Notes: a model not told the origin generated them from the letters alone. A stretch of 30,050 bases of DNA from Candidatus Iainarchaeum sp. (GCA_021158055.1 JAGGVJ010000023.1:1-30050); one strand, 5' to 3'; shown: positions 1-9,600, counted from the stretch's first letter. A program made the numbers and translations.

Positions 1-126
1 AGTGAAACTAACTTCATATCTTTCAGTGAAACTAACTTCATATCTTTCAGTGAAACTAACTTCATATCTTTCAGTGAAACTAACTTCATATCTTTCAGTG
101 AAACTAACTTCATATCTTTCAGTGAA
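1..126. repeat. Perfect tandem repeat, 24-bp unit AGTGAAACTAACTTCATATCTTTC, 5 copies plus a 6-bp partial; may continue left of the window
   Basis: Units at 1, 25, 49, 73 and 97, then AGTGAA at 121-126. No spacers. Overlaps the stop codon of the KaiC-like gene. Confidence 0.97.
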
Positions 127-823
127 GCGACTCCCACATTATCTCGTCTTTTGAGTGAACAGTTACTCCTTTGTCAGTTATGTCAAACGGGTGAACTCTC
201 TTGTCATGGTTTGTGCCGCGCATTTTTCGCACAAAAATTGACCTGTTCGGCGGAACAAAATAAAGCATGACTATCCCGTCAACTGCAAACTCCTCCACCC
301 CGAAAGCAGAATACACGTCTTTTTTACCGTTTGTTTCAGCAGTCAAAAGCGTTGTGCACCCTAGTTTTTTGAGACTTTCGCTTATCTTAAAGATTGTGTG
401 GCGAATCATCTGCTCTTTTTCAAGCCACAAACCAAAAGCAGTAGTCGAATCAATTACAAGGCGCTTTGCGCCCATTTCCTCAACCATCTCCTGTATTTTC
501 TTAAGCTCGTCATCAATCTTGTTGGCAAAAACCGCAGGGTCATACATTCCAAAACGATAAATCTTAAGTTTTTTTTCGGTTTGAAGCTTGGTTATATCCC
601 AGTGAAACCTCTGCATGTTCCACCAAATGTTTGTGGGACCCTCTTCAAGCGTAATGAAAATACCCGGCTCCCCGTAATCTTTTGCACCGTTGTACAAAAA
701 CTGCGTGCAAAAAATCGATTTACCGCAACCCGCACCACCGGAAACAAGCGTTGCACTCCCCTCTAAAAACCCGCCTTCTATAAGCTCGTCCATTCCCGGA
801 ATACCGCTTGGAATTCTCTTCAT
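119..823 (-). CDS. KaiC/RAD55-like RecA-superfamily ATPase, single domain (archaeal type)
   Basis: N-terminal RIPSGIPGMDELIEGG, Walker A GGAGCGKS, TLEE, Walker B LVIDS, GVEEFAVDG and RKMRGTNH motifs; GAAGGTGG upstream of the ATG. Confidence 0.9.
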   Translation of the reverse strand: MKRIPSGIPGMDELIEGGFLEGSATLVSGGAGCGKSIFCTQFLYNGAKDYGEPGIFITLEEGPTNIWWNMQRFHWDITKLQTEKKLKIYRFGMYDPAVFANKIDDELKKIQEMVEEMGAKRLVIDSTTAFGLWLEKEQMIRHTIFKISESLKKLGCTTLLTAETNGKKDVYSAFGVEEFAVDGIVMLYFVPPNRSIFVRKMRGTNHDKRVHPFDITDKGVTVHSKDEIMWESLH

Positions 824-978
824 ACAAAACCACCTTCAATAACCTTTATAACTACTGATATATTTAAGTTATATAATTTCAGTCTAAACAATAAATCATA
901 AAAAGGTAAATGCCTGACAGTATTTATAAGTTTGCGATAATACAAAAAATACAACACTAAAAAATTTTGATGGTCCTC

Positions 979-1929
979 ATGGCACAGGTTAAAAAATCCG
1001 CAAAACAAAAGGCAAAAAAGCCGAAACAAACGCAAACGGATAACAAAACCCTTTTGGAAGATTTAAAAACCGCGCCGGAACAACAGGAATTAACAGGTCA
1101 ACCGACAAAAAAAACCGGTGAAAACCAAACTGAACAAACTGACCCTAAAAAAATAACTTCCGGCAAACAGGAAAACGCAGAAAGCAATGAAAAGAACCCT
1201 GATCTTGTTACAATGATTGACGAGCCAACATGGAAAGTCATACTGTTTGACCTGGTCAAAAAAAACAACTTCAACCCCTGGGACATAAACATTGTCAGCC
1301 TTGCAGACGCTTACATGAACAAAATCCAATCACTGAAAAAATTTGACTTCCACATTCCTGCAAACGCGGTGCTTTGCGCATCCATTCTTCTCCGCATAAA
1401 ATCAGACATTTTCAAAATCGACTTTAAAGAAGAACCCAGTGAAGACCCCGATGCCTCAATGTTCAGCATGTTTGATGATTCGTTTTCAATGGATGAAACC
1501 CTGTTAAATGACCTCACCGAAAACACAAGCGTAGTGCCTCACCTGCATGCTCCGAAAAGAATAACCAAACGCAAAGTCACACTCACAGAACTTGTCGACG
1601 CAATAAACGATGTGCTTCACAGGACAAGACAACCAAGAAAACAACCTGTAAATCTTGAAGACGAACTTGACTTCATGGATTACTTCAATGCAGAAGAAAC
1701 CGAAACAATAGAAGAAAACGTAAAAAACATCTATGAAACAGTGAAAAAAAACGTTGACAACGAAGGACTGACAAATTTTTCGACAATAATTGAATCAAAC
1801 GAACCAGAAGAAAAAGTCTCAAAATTCTTTCCCCTTCTCTACCTCATGAACGACAACAAAATAAACCTGTGGCAGGACGACTTCTTTGGAGAAATATTCA
1901 TAGCGCTGATAGAAAACCAAAAAGCATAA
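979..1929 (+). CDS. scpA: Segregation/condensation protein A (kleisin), with a long low-complexity N-terminus; start could be 967, 970 or 979
   Basis: NPWDINIVSLADAY, ASILLRIKS, RKVTLTELVDAI and C-terminal FFPLLYL...INLWQDDFFGEIFI are typical of ScpA. Confidence 0.9.
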   Translation: MAQVKKSAKQKAKKPKQTQTDNKTLLEDLKTAPEQQELTGQPTKKTGENQTEQTDPKKITSGKQENAESNEKNPDLVTMIDEPTWKVILFDLVKKNNFNPWDINIVSLADAYMNKIQSLKKFDFHIPANAVLCASILLRIKSDIFKIDFKEEPSEDPDASMFSMFDDSFSMDETLLNDLTENTSVVPHLHAPKRITKRKVTLTELVDAINDVLHRTRQPRKQPVNLEDELDFMDYFNAEETETIEENVKNIYETVKKNVDNEGLTNFSTIIESNEPEEKVSKFFPLLYLMNDNKINLWQDDFFGEIFIALIENQKA

Positions 1930-2000
1930 CGGCAAATCAAACCACGCGGGATTCTATTCCAGAAATCCAGACCCGTCAATTCAAATTCGACTTGCAAACG

Positions 2001-3281
2001 GTGATAAGCATCACAAAAGAAAAAAACGCAAAAACGCAAACGCAAAAACTTGCCGGCCTTAAAAAAACACTTGAAGGAAAAATCCTTGAAAGCGTCAATA
2101 AAGAAAAATACCTCAAAATTATCAACATAACAACCAACATCGAAAAACTGAAGCAAAAAGCAAGAAAAAACGGACTTATTTTGCTTCACAAAAAAATACC
2201 CCTGGAAATACCACACATAAGCGGAAAAATAAATCACATAAAAAACATCAGAAAAACATACGAACTGATACAGGAAATAGCTTCAGTAAACGGAATCAAC
2301 CCTGATGAAAAACTGCTCCACAGAACCATGTTCAACTCAGAAACACTTCCGCCGTTGGGAAAAGAATACTGGTGGTTTCTTTTCATCGGGGAAGACACAG
2401 ACAAACCAATCCAGGTAATGTTTCTTGTCTTTCGAAAACACGGAAATCAAATGCTATTCAACAAAAAACACATGGATTTCAAAAATATCAAAAATAACAA
2501 ATTTCAAGGCGTTACTTCTTGCTGGGCATGGGACGGCGAGAAAATGCATGATTTGGGTGACACAAATGCAATCACCACGCTCGACCCAAAACACAATACA
2601 CTAACCAGCAAAATTTCAAACCATGACATTCATTTTAACGGAACCTACCCCAATTTCAAGCTAAAAATCGGTGACGCAATCAACCTGGAAATGACTGAAC
2701 TGAACCAGATAGACAGCAAAGACGCTTACGCGACATTTCTGCCTCCCTTTGGCATCGGGTGGGTGGACATGTTCTCAAAAACAACAGGAACCGTGCTTGG
2801 GAAAAAATTCAAAGGAAAAGCACACCTTCAAAAAGTTGTCGGAGTCACGACCTCCGGATGCTTTAACTGGGGGGAAATCTTCTTTGAAAACGGGTCATCA
2901 TTTACCATTTTCTGCATCAAGCCAAAAAAGAACTCAAAAATTGCCCTTCACACATCCGCCACTTTCTATGACAATCATAAAAAAACAATCACAAAATTTA
3001 ATGACCCGAAAATAGAAATATCCAAAAAAGAACCGGAAAATAAAAATGAAAATATCCAATGGGTAATTCAAGGGGCTGACAACGACAACGAATTCACCCT
3101 CGTGCTGGACACATACAGTAAAAAAGAATTCAACATGAAAACCATTGAATGGCAGACATACATTGAATACCTTGTAACAGCAAAAGAATTCAAGCTCAAA
3201 ACAAAAAGCAAAGAAATTAACTTAAGCAAACTCAGCAAAGGCACGGGAACATTTGAAGATGCCTACGGGTTCATATTCTAA
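2001..3281 (+). CDS. Hypothetical protein: ~100-aa basic N-terminal region plus a beta-rich, possibly AttH/CrtC/tocopherol-cyclase-like domain; paralog of the next gene; start uncertain
   Basis: Long ORF with KEYWWFLF, WAWDGEKMHD, AHLQKV, FNWGEIFFENGS and GTGTFEDAYG matching the downstream gene. The fold assignment is inference. Confidence 0.7.
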   Translation: MISITKEKNAKTQTQKLAGLKKTLEGKILESVNKEKYLKIINITTNIEKLKQKARKNGLILLHKKIPLEIPHISGKINHIKNIRKTYELIQEIASVNGINPDEKLLHRTMFNSETLPPLGKEYWWFLFIGEDTDKPIQVMFLVFRKHGNQMLFNKKHMDFKNIKNNKFQGVTSCWAWDGEKMHDLGDTNAITTLDPKHNTLTSKISNHDIHFNGTYPNFKLKIGDAINLEMTELNQIDSKDAYATFLPPFGIGWVDMFSKTTGTVLGKKFKGKAHLQKVVGVTTSGCFNWGEIFFENGSSFTIFCIKPKKNSKIALHTSATFYDNHKKTITKFNDPKIEISKKEPENKNENIQWVIQGADNDNEFTLVLDTYSKKEFNMKTIEWQTYIEYLVTAKEFKLKTKSKEINLSKLSKGTGTFEDAYGFIF

Positions 3282-3300
3282 AAAATCAAACGGTGATCAC

Positions 3301-4422
3301 TTGTCTGAAAAACAAGACAAAAACAAACAAAACGACATATGTGAAAAAATCTGGGAAATCGACCCGAGCGACAAAAAAACCGGAACCTGGTGGTGGTGGT
3401 TTTGGCTTTTTTTCATTGACAGTGAAAACAACCGGGATAAACCGGAGCAACTCATGGTTCTCTGGTCAACAAAAAACAACCCGAAAATAAAATGCAACGA
3501 CATTGTCATGGAACTCAACAACCAAATCTCACCCCTGAAAGACAAAACCACTTTCAAGGGAGCAGTGGCAGTGTGGTATTTTGACGGGGAAAAAATGCAC
3601 GACAACTACATTCTTGAAAACTGCAACATGACCCTTGACAAAAAAACACGCAGCCTAACATCTGATTCAAAAGACAAAACTGTTTTCCGTGAAAAAGAAG
3701 GCAAATTCACAGTAAATATAAGCAAAGGTGAAAAAAAATTCACCTTCACTTCAAAAACCATGGGCAGTAACAGATTTACTGCCGTCAGCGCAACCAAAAG
3801 CAACTACTTAAAAGGACTGTTCAGCCACGGCATAATAAAGCTGCCGAAAATAGGCTTCGACGGGCTGATAAAAGACACAAACGGAAAACGGGACATAAGC
3901 GGAACAGCATACTTTCAAAAAGTCACAGTCAATGCACCTGTTTCGCCATGGTACTGGGGAATATTCCATTTTGAAGACGGCAGCATACTATCATACTTCA
4001 ATCCGTACATCGGCACAGCGATCCTAAAAGAAAACATTCCCGATTGCCTTGTGCCGTTTGACAGGAAAATCGCTTTGAAAAAAGGGATGTATTTCTTTGA
4101 CAACAAAACAAAAAAACAGCACGTGTTTGAAGGCCTGTCCATAAAAGAACAGACAAACAATCAAAATCAGCCCACATTTAAAATCAGGGGGGAAAACAAA
4201 GATTCAAAAATAGCTTTCACGCTTGACTGCTATTCAAACGCATCCTGGAAATTTGAAAAACCCACGCTTGGACCGGTTAAAACACGGCTGAAATACAACG
4301 AATACCCTGCAAAAATAACGTTTTTTGAACTTTCTTTTAATAAAGAAGAAAAGAAAATCGTATTAAATGACCTGGGAAAAGGAATCGGAAACGTCGAACA
4401 TTCCTGGGGAATCCTAATCTGA
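3301..4422 (+). CDS. Hypothetical Trp-rich protein, possibly AttH/CrtC/tocopherol-cyclase-like beta-barrel; paralog of the upstream gene
   Basis: TTG start after a GGTGA RBS. Motifs TWWWWFWLFF, WYFDGEKMHD, AYFQKV, PWYWGIFHFEDGS, YNEYP and GIGNVEHSWG. Confidence 0.72.
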   Translation: MSEKQDKNKQNDICEKIWEIDPSDKKTGTWWWWFWLFFIDSENNRDKPEQLMVLWSTKNNPKIKCNDIVMELNNQISPLKDKTTFKGAVAVWYFDGEKMHDNYILENCNMTLDKKTRSLTSDSKDKTVFREKEGKFTVNISKGEKKFTFTSKTMGSNRFTAVSATKSNYLKGLFSHGIIKLPKIGFDGLIKDTNGKRDISGTAYFQKVTVNAPVSPWYWGIFHFEDGSILSYFNPYIGTAILKENIPDCLVPFDRKIALKKGMYFFDNKTKKQHVFEGLSIKEQTNNQNQPTFKIRGENKDSKIAFTLDCYSNASWKFEKPTLGPVKTRLKYNEYPAKITFFELSFNKEEKKIVLNDLGKGIGNVEHSWGILI

Positions 4423-4458
4423 AAAGCATATGCTCCCCGCAACAAAACCAGTTACCAC

Positions 4459-5106
4459 TCACTTAAAACTAAACGCGGACGGGCACAACTTGCTAATGAC
4501 ACAATCATTGCAAGATGGTTTCCTTGCAGTACACACTTGCCTTCCGTGAGCTATAATCAAATCAGAAACCAATCCCCACTTGTTTTTTGGAAACAACCCA
4601 ACGAGATCTCTTTCAATATTTTCAGGGCTGGTGCTTGAAGAAAACCCCAGGCGAAAAGAAAGCCTTTTCACATGGGTGTCAACTGCAATTCCTTCAACTG
4701 CCCCAAACGCATTCAACAGCACAACATTTGCAGTTTTTCTCCCAACACCGGGAAGACCCAGCAAATCTTGCATGGAACCTGGAACCTCTGAGTCAAACTC
4801 TTCCCTTATGATCCTTGAAGTCTCTTTAATGTTTTTTGCCTTATTCCTGTAAAATCCAGTGGACTTAATATCTTTTTCAAACTCCGAAATATCCGCGTCC
4901 GCATAGTCATCAACTGTCACGTATTTTTTGAAAAGCTCTTTTGTAACCTTGTTAATGCGCTTGTCCGTGCACTGGGCCGAAAGAATAGTCGCAACCAAAA
5001 TTTCAAGCGGATTTGAATAACAAAGAGTAGTATGCGTTTTTTGGTACTTGTTTTCAAGAAGCGAAAAAACAGTGCCTGCAAGATTTTTTTCAATCACTCC
5101 CACCAT
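4459..5106 (-). CDS. nth: Endonuclease III (HhH-GPD glycosylase/AP lyase, [4Fe-4S])
   Basis: ILSAQCTD, LPGVGRKTANVVL, AVDTHV and C-terminal CTARKPSCNDCVISKLC. Confidence 0.96.
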   Translation of the reverse strand: MVGVIEKNLAGTVFSLLENKYQKTHTTLCYSNPLEILVATILSAQCTDKRINKVTKELFKKYVTVDDYADADISEFEKDIKSTGFYRNKAKNIKETSRIIREEFDSEVPGSMQDLLGLPGVGRKTANVVLLNAFGAVEGIAVDTHVKRLSFRLGFSSSTSPENIERDLVGLFPKNKWGLVSDLIIAHGRQVCTARKPSCNDCVISKLCPSAFSFK

Positions 5107-5314
5107 AGATTAATTACTAATCAAACTTGTTAAGAAACCTATGCAAACAGTCAAAAACAAAACAATTACATAAAAAATGATTCAAGATTCACCAAAACAA
5201 AAATCCCGCTGAAAATCAAAAAATTACCAACTGTTTTTTATATTCAGTGCCATTTATTCTATTTCGGCAACTAACAAGGTAAACAAAAAATTGCTTGAAG
5301 GGAGGGATAAAAAA

Positions 5315-5566
5315 ATGACTGATTCAGATGGAAAAAACGAACAAGGAAAACACAGCGAACTCATAGAAGAAGTTTACACAAACCTAGAGAATCTTCAGCA
5401 GTCACTTGACAATCTCGCTGAAAAAGAATTCCCCATGGACTTGATTGTCATTGCATCGCTCATAGAACAAAACATAAAAATCGACCAGGTTGACTTCTTC
5501 CTGAAACTTGTCAAAAAAGAAGTCCTTGACCAGCACAAGTTCTTTGAAAAAACAAAAAAGAAATAA
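5315..5566 (+). CDS. Small hypothetical helical protein
   Basis: ATG preceded by GGAGGG; fills the gap upstream of scpB; no recognisable motif. Confidence 0.55.
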   Translation: MTDSDGKNEQGKHSELIEEVYTNLENLQQSLDNLAEKEFPMDLIVIASLIEQNIKIDQVDFFLKLVKKEVLDQHKFFEKTKKK

Positions 5567-5659
5567 ATCAACAAAAACCGCAAAAACGTTAAAACAAAAG
5601 CCCTTAAATAAGTTCAGACTTTCTTTTTACAGGCACTTTGCCAATCAACAGATGAGACT

Positions 5660-6382
5660 ATGGAAGACAAAAAACTGCTTGAAGCAGCATTATTCATGAG
5701 CCCCGACGCTCTTGACCTGAAAAAACTTGCAAGGGTGCTTAAAACCAAAAAATACTCTTACGTGGAAGCTTACCTCAAGGAACTGAAAAAAGACTACTTT
5801 GCACGAGACACCGCAATTGAACTCACGCGGGACGAAAACGGCAAATACCGGCTTAAAGTAAAAGACAAATACCTTGAAAAAGTCGCGTTCTTTGCAGCTG
5901 AAAAAGACCTTGGGAAAAAAGAACTTGAAACCCTGGCATACGTCGCTTACCACGAGCCTGTCAAACAAAGCTCGATTGTCCAAAAAGTCAGGTCTTCTTC
6001 ATACGACTACATAAAAAAATTAAAAGAACACGGGTTCATTTCAAAAGAAATCATTGACGGAGAACGCTCGCCAATACTCAAAACCACAAAAAAATTCCGC
6101 GACTACTTCGGAACAGACGCAATCGCATTAAAAGAAATGATAAAAAATGCACCTGCTGAAGAACCCACTCTCGAAGACTACAACCAGACAAAAGAGCAAG
6201 AAAAAAACAACACCCGGCAAGAGAAAACCGATTTCCCGCAGCAAGAGAAAACCGATTCCACACAACAGGGAACGCAACAAAACAACAAACCCGATGACTG
6301 GCAAACAACAACTGATCCTGTTTCTCAATCTGAAAAAAAAGAAAACCTGCCTAAAAGCGCGGAAAAACCTAAGAACGCATAA
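5660..6382 (+). CDS. scpB: SMC-Scp complex subunit ScpB, with a Q/T/K-rich disordered tail
   Basis: LLEAALFMS, ETLAYVAYHEPVKQS and TTKKFRDYFG motifs. Confidence 0.93.
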   Translation: MEDKKLLEAALFMSPDALDLKKLARVLKTKKYSYVEAYLKELKKDYFARDTAIELTRDENGKYRLKVKDKYLEKVAFFAAEKDLGKKELETLAYVAYHEPVKQSSIVQKVRSSSYDYIKKLKEHGFISKEIIDGERSPILKTTKKFRDYFGTDAIALKEMIKNAPAEEPTLEDYNQTKEQEKNNTRQEKTDFPQQEKTDSTQQGTQQNNKPDDWQTTTDPVSQSEKKENLPKSAEKPKNA

Positions 6383-6435
6383 AAACAGCGAAAATAACAT
6401 ATAACACCTCAACCTAAAACTTTGAGGCAATCAAT

Positions 6436-6987
6436 ATGACATCAAAAAAAGCACTTTTGACAAGAGCCCAGGCAATCAAGCTTTTGAAAAAGTACAGCAC
6501 AGGTGAAAAATCGTTCGAAGCAGTGCTTTCTCACTCACTTGCAGTTGAAAAGTCCTCAATAATACTGGCCAAACACATAGAAAAGAAACAACAAACAATA
6601 GACTTTCACCTGCTTTCAATCGGCGCCATTCTCCATGACATCGGGCGCTTTTCATGCCCGCCGAAAACACCCGCCTCCATTCAGCACGGAGTAAAAGGAG
6701 CTGAAATTCTTGAAAAAGAAGGGTTTGAAAAACTCGCAAGAATCGCTGAAACACACATTGGCTCGGGGCTTGACAAAGACACCGCTGAAAAACTCGGGCT
6801 TCCAAAACGCGACATGAACCCGAAAACAGTTGAAGAAAAAATAATCTGCCTTGCAGACACGCTTGTGTTTGGAACGCGAATCGGCTCCTTTGAAGAAGCC
6901 GTTGAAAGATACAGAAAAGAAGTCGGGAACGACTTGGCAGAAAAAACAAAAAAACTCAAACAAGAGCTATACAACCCAACAAACTGA
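6436..6987 (+). CDS. HD/HDIG-domain metal-dependent phosphohydrolase
   Basis: HSLAV, LHDIGR, HGVKGAEIL, ETHIGSG and EEKIICLAD. Confidence 0.88.
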   Translation: MTSKKALLTRAQAIKLLKKYSTGEKSFEAVLSHSLAVEKSSIILAKHIEKKQQTIDFHLLSIGAILHDIGRFSCPPKTPASIQHGVKGAEILEKEGFEKLARIAETHIGSGLDKDTAEKLGLPKRDMNPKTVEEKIICLADTLVFGTRIGSFEEAVERYRKEVGNDLAEKTKKLKQELYNPTN

Positions 6988-7024
6988 TTCTGATTCATTT
7001 AAAAAAAGAGATAAAAGAGAGCAC

Positions 7025-7094
7025 CTGCCCTCTCTTATCTGCCCCGCACCCTCCATTATCTGCCCCGCACCCTCCATTATCTGCCCTCTCTTAT
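7025..7094. repeat. Composite A-B-B-A repeat between convergent genes: 14-bp CTGCCCTCTCTTAT x2 flanking 21-bp CTGCCCCGCACCCTCCATTAT x2
   Basis: A at 7025-7038 and 7081-7094; B at 7039-7059 and 7060-7080. Confidence 0.9.
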
Positions 7095-7149
7095 ACCACA
7101 TACCATGCCACTGCATCATGTTACCGGCTGATTGTTTTGTAATGCCTGT

Positions 7150-8754
7150 TCACACAAGCAAACCAACAATATAAACAAGCAAGCATGCCAACACTCCGCT
7201 CATGATGCCCACTAAAACAAACTCAACAACTTTCGTGCCCTTTGGCATGCCTGTGTATTTTGCTGTCATCTGCCAGCAGCTTTTCTTAAGGTTAAACGAC
7301 AAACTCAAACGCTTTTTAACCTGCTTAAACAAAACATCGACACCCAACAGCATCAAAACAGTCATCACTGCCGCCACAATAAATCCCAACAAGTTTGCAA
7401 ACAGATTGACATCATACATGCTGCCCCCGAAAACAGGGGCTATTGAAATAGCGAATAATATGACAAAAAGCACAAATGCAAAAAACACCACTGAAAACAC
7501 CGACAGCAGCACCAGCAACACAACTGGTGCAAAAAGCGAAAACAAAGCTGTTTTTTTAAGCGGCTGCTTCTTTCCCATTGCCCTAAAATATCCAAGCGAT
7601 GCCAAAAACCAACTCAAATAAACAATCAGCACTGCAAAAGGAAAAACCGGAACCGCGTTCACAATCGCAAGCGAGCGACCATAAACAGCCATATCGTCTT
7701 TTGAATCCTTCAGGTAAAGACGCAGATCCTTTGAATACAGCTCTGATTTCACTCCGGGCTGCGGCGGAACGTACTTCATATACATATCTTCATAGCCACC
7801 GTCATAATAGTTATTGAAAGCGTTCCACACAAAAAACCTGTTTTCAAGGTTTTTTGTTTCAAGAGAAGGGTCAATGTTTGAGGTCAGCGTGTTTTCAACA
7901 GGAATCTTTACTTTGATGCTCATATTTCTCGGCATTTCTTTCCAGTACTGTGTGGTTCCCGACGGAAAATAAAGCTTTTTTCCCGCAGAAGTGTTTGTGA
8001 GATGAGTGAACATCGCGTAAACACCCACAGAACTAACGCCAACCGGTTTTTTTATCGTGAAAACAACAACTGACTTGTCAAGATAATCTGAAAAATCCAT
8101 CTGCATCCCGGACACGCCGTAATACTCAAGCACTTCCCGCAAGGAATTTGAATCAAGCCCTTCAAAGACTTCTGCGTGACCGACATCGCCAAACAAGTAC
8201 TCTTCAGTCGGCCTGATGCCTTCCTTTGCATTAAGGGTGTCATATCCTGAAAAAGACTCCCTGCCAACGCTCTGGATTGCATAAAAAGGGAAAAAAACAG
8301 CTGAAAGCGGAGCAGTATACATCGTCAAAACATCTGCAGAAAGTTGGGGTGCAAAATCCTTTATCTTATTTTCGGAATCAACTGCTTCCCGGATTTCTTC
8401 TTCCCAAGAAGAAAACTTGTTATTGAAATCATCGCGGTTCATCTTTTCAAGATTCAGGTTAACCGGCTTTTCTTCAAAGGGAACAATCCAGACTACTTCG
8501 TCCCTTTCATACTCCGCGAAATCCAAAGTCACATACAGGTGAGTCATGTAATTGTCACCCATCAACTCAAGGTACCCGAGCTGTTCAAGCTCTGAAACAC
8601 TGGGCGGACCAGGATTATAAGGCATGATAGGTATGCCGTCAGCTGACACAAAAGGCATCAAAAAAGAACCAATCAACGAAAACAATACAAAAGCAAAAAA
8701 CAACCCCTTTGCATTGTGCCTTGAAAAACCGGAAAAACTTTTTTCAATATCCAA
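7150..8754 (-). CDS. Membrane protein: signal peptide, extracellular domain (weakly DUF2330-like) and about 5 C-terminal TM helices
   Basis: Hydrophobic N-terminus ending VSA-DG, VVWIVPF..KP motif, hydrophobic C-terminal third; GGAGGG upstream of the TTG. Confidence 0.7.
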   Translation of the reverse strand: MDIEKSFSGFSRHNAKGLFFAFVLFSLIGSFLMPFVSADGIPIMPYNPGPPSVSELEQLGYLELMGDNYMTHLYVTLDFAEYERDEVVWIVPFEEKPVNLNLEKMNRDDFNNKFSSWEEEIREAVDSENKIKDFAPQLSADVLTMYTAPLSAVFFPFYAIQSVGRESFSGYDTLNAKEGIRPTEEYLFGDVGHAEVFEGLDSNSLREVLEYYGVSGMQMDFSDYLDKSVVVFTIKKPVGVSSVGVYAMFTHLTNTSAGKKLYFPSGTTQYWKEMPRNMSIKVKIPVENTLTSNIDPSLETKNLENRFFVWNAFNNYYDGGYEDMYMKYVPPQPGVKSELYSKDLRLYLKDSKDDMAVYGRSLAIVNAVPVFPFAVLIVYLSWFLASLGYFRAMGKKQPLKKTALFSLFAPVVLLVLLSVFSVVFFAFVLFVILFAISIAPVFGGSMYDVNLFANLLGFIVAAVMTVLMLLGVDVLFKQVKKRLSLSFNLKKSCWQMTAKYTGMPKGTKVVEFVLVGIMSGVLACLLVYIVGLLV

Positions 8755-8937
8755 AATAAACCCTCCGCTAAAAACAATTATCTTAAAACAAAAATAATAA
8801 TCTAAAAAGAATTTTTTGTTTTTTTAAATTTACAAAGGTTTTGAACTTATATAAAGAATATGTTTTTGTATGGTCAAAAACCTACTAAAAACAACCAGAA
8901 CCGATAGCAAAACCATTCACAAACCCCCGGCCACCAA

Positions 8938-9600
8938 CTAAAAAAGAGTCTGCTGCCCAAATGCATGCGGCTTTTTTTTGTACTTGTCAAGGGTTTTCCA
9001 GGCGCTTCGCATAAAGTGAGGGATTGACTCGTTTTTTGAAAAATAGTCTTCTATAAACGCTTTTGTTTTCGGGTCAGAAGGGTATCCTGAACCAAAATCA
9101 CCCAACTCTTCTCTTAAAACTTCAATTGTAGAATCACGGGTCACTTTTGCAAGAATCGACGCCGCACCCACAATCGGGTAATTCACATCTGCCTTGTGCT
9201 CGCTCACAATATCAACTTTCGGGTTGTCAAGATATTTTCGAATCCTCCTTGCAAACCTCGGCGCTTCAGTGTCAGGGGAATCAACATAAATCCTGCCGAA
9301 CCGCGAATCAATTGCATTGATCGCTTCCGCGATTTTCATTGCCTCGATCTCGTTCAGACTGTGCTCTTGCATCAGCAAGTCAAGTTCAGACGGAGAAACG
9401 CTTATGATTGCGGATTCAAAAAGTTCCGCAATCAACCAGTCATGAAGCTTTTTTCTTTTCTTCGGGGCAATCAGCTTTGAGTCGCGAATCTCCATTTCCA
9501 AAAGCTTTTGCTCATCTTCATCATCAAGAACCGCAACAGCAAGAACCATCGGCCCTATCACAGGACCTCTTCCCGCTTCATCAACTCCGGCAATTATCAT
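8938..9600 (-). CDS. rnhB: Ribonuclease HII
   Basis: GVDEAGRGPVIGPM, RDSK, KAD..YPIVGAASILAKV.RD and GSGYPSDPKT. Confidence 0.97.
   Translation of the reverse strand: MIIAGVDEAGRGPVIGPMVLAVAVLDDEDEQKLLEMEIRDSKLIAPKKRKKLHDWLIAELFESAIISVSPSELDLLMQEHSLNEIEAMKIAEAINAIDSRFGRIYVDSPDTEAPRFARRIRKYLDNPKVDIVSEHKADVNYPIVGAASILAKVTRDSTIEVLREELGDFGSGYPSDPKTKAFIEDYFSKNESIPHFMRSAWKTLDKYKKKPHAFGQQTLF

Noticed and set aside
1-126. CRISPR array
   Set aside because: The units are contiguous with no unique spacers, and no cas genes were recognised.
119-823. Circadian clock KaiC
   Set aside because: Single domain, no kaiA or kaiB, and no cyanobacterial ST phosphosite motif; this is the common archaeal KaiC/RAD55-like type.
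1869-2000. N-terminal extension of the 470-aa ORF overlapping scpA
   Set aside because: A 61-bp overlap with scpA from a GTG without an RBS; a downstream start near 1992-2001 is more plausible.
979-6382. Wadjet/MksBEF anti-plasmid system
   Set aside because: No SMC ATPase or Toprim JetD in the window; the motifs fit housekeeping ScpA and ScpB.
6851-7174. 107-aa ORF with ICPAPS repeats
   Set aside because: It overlaps the HD gene out of frame; the repeat peptide is just a translation of the intergenic DNA repeat.
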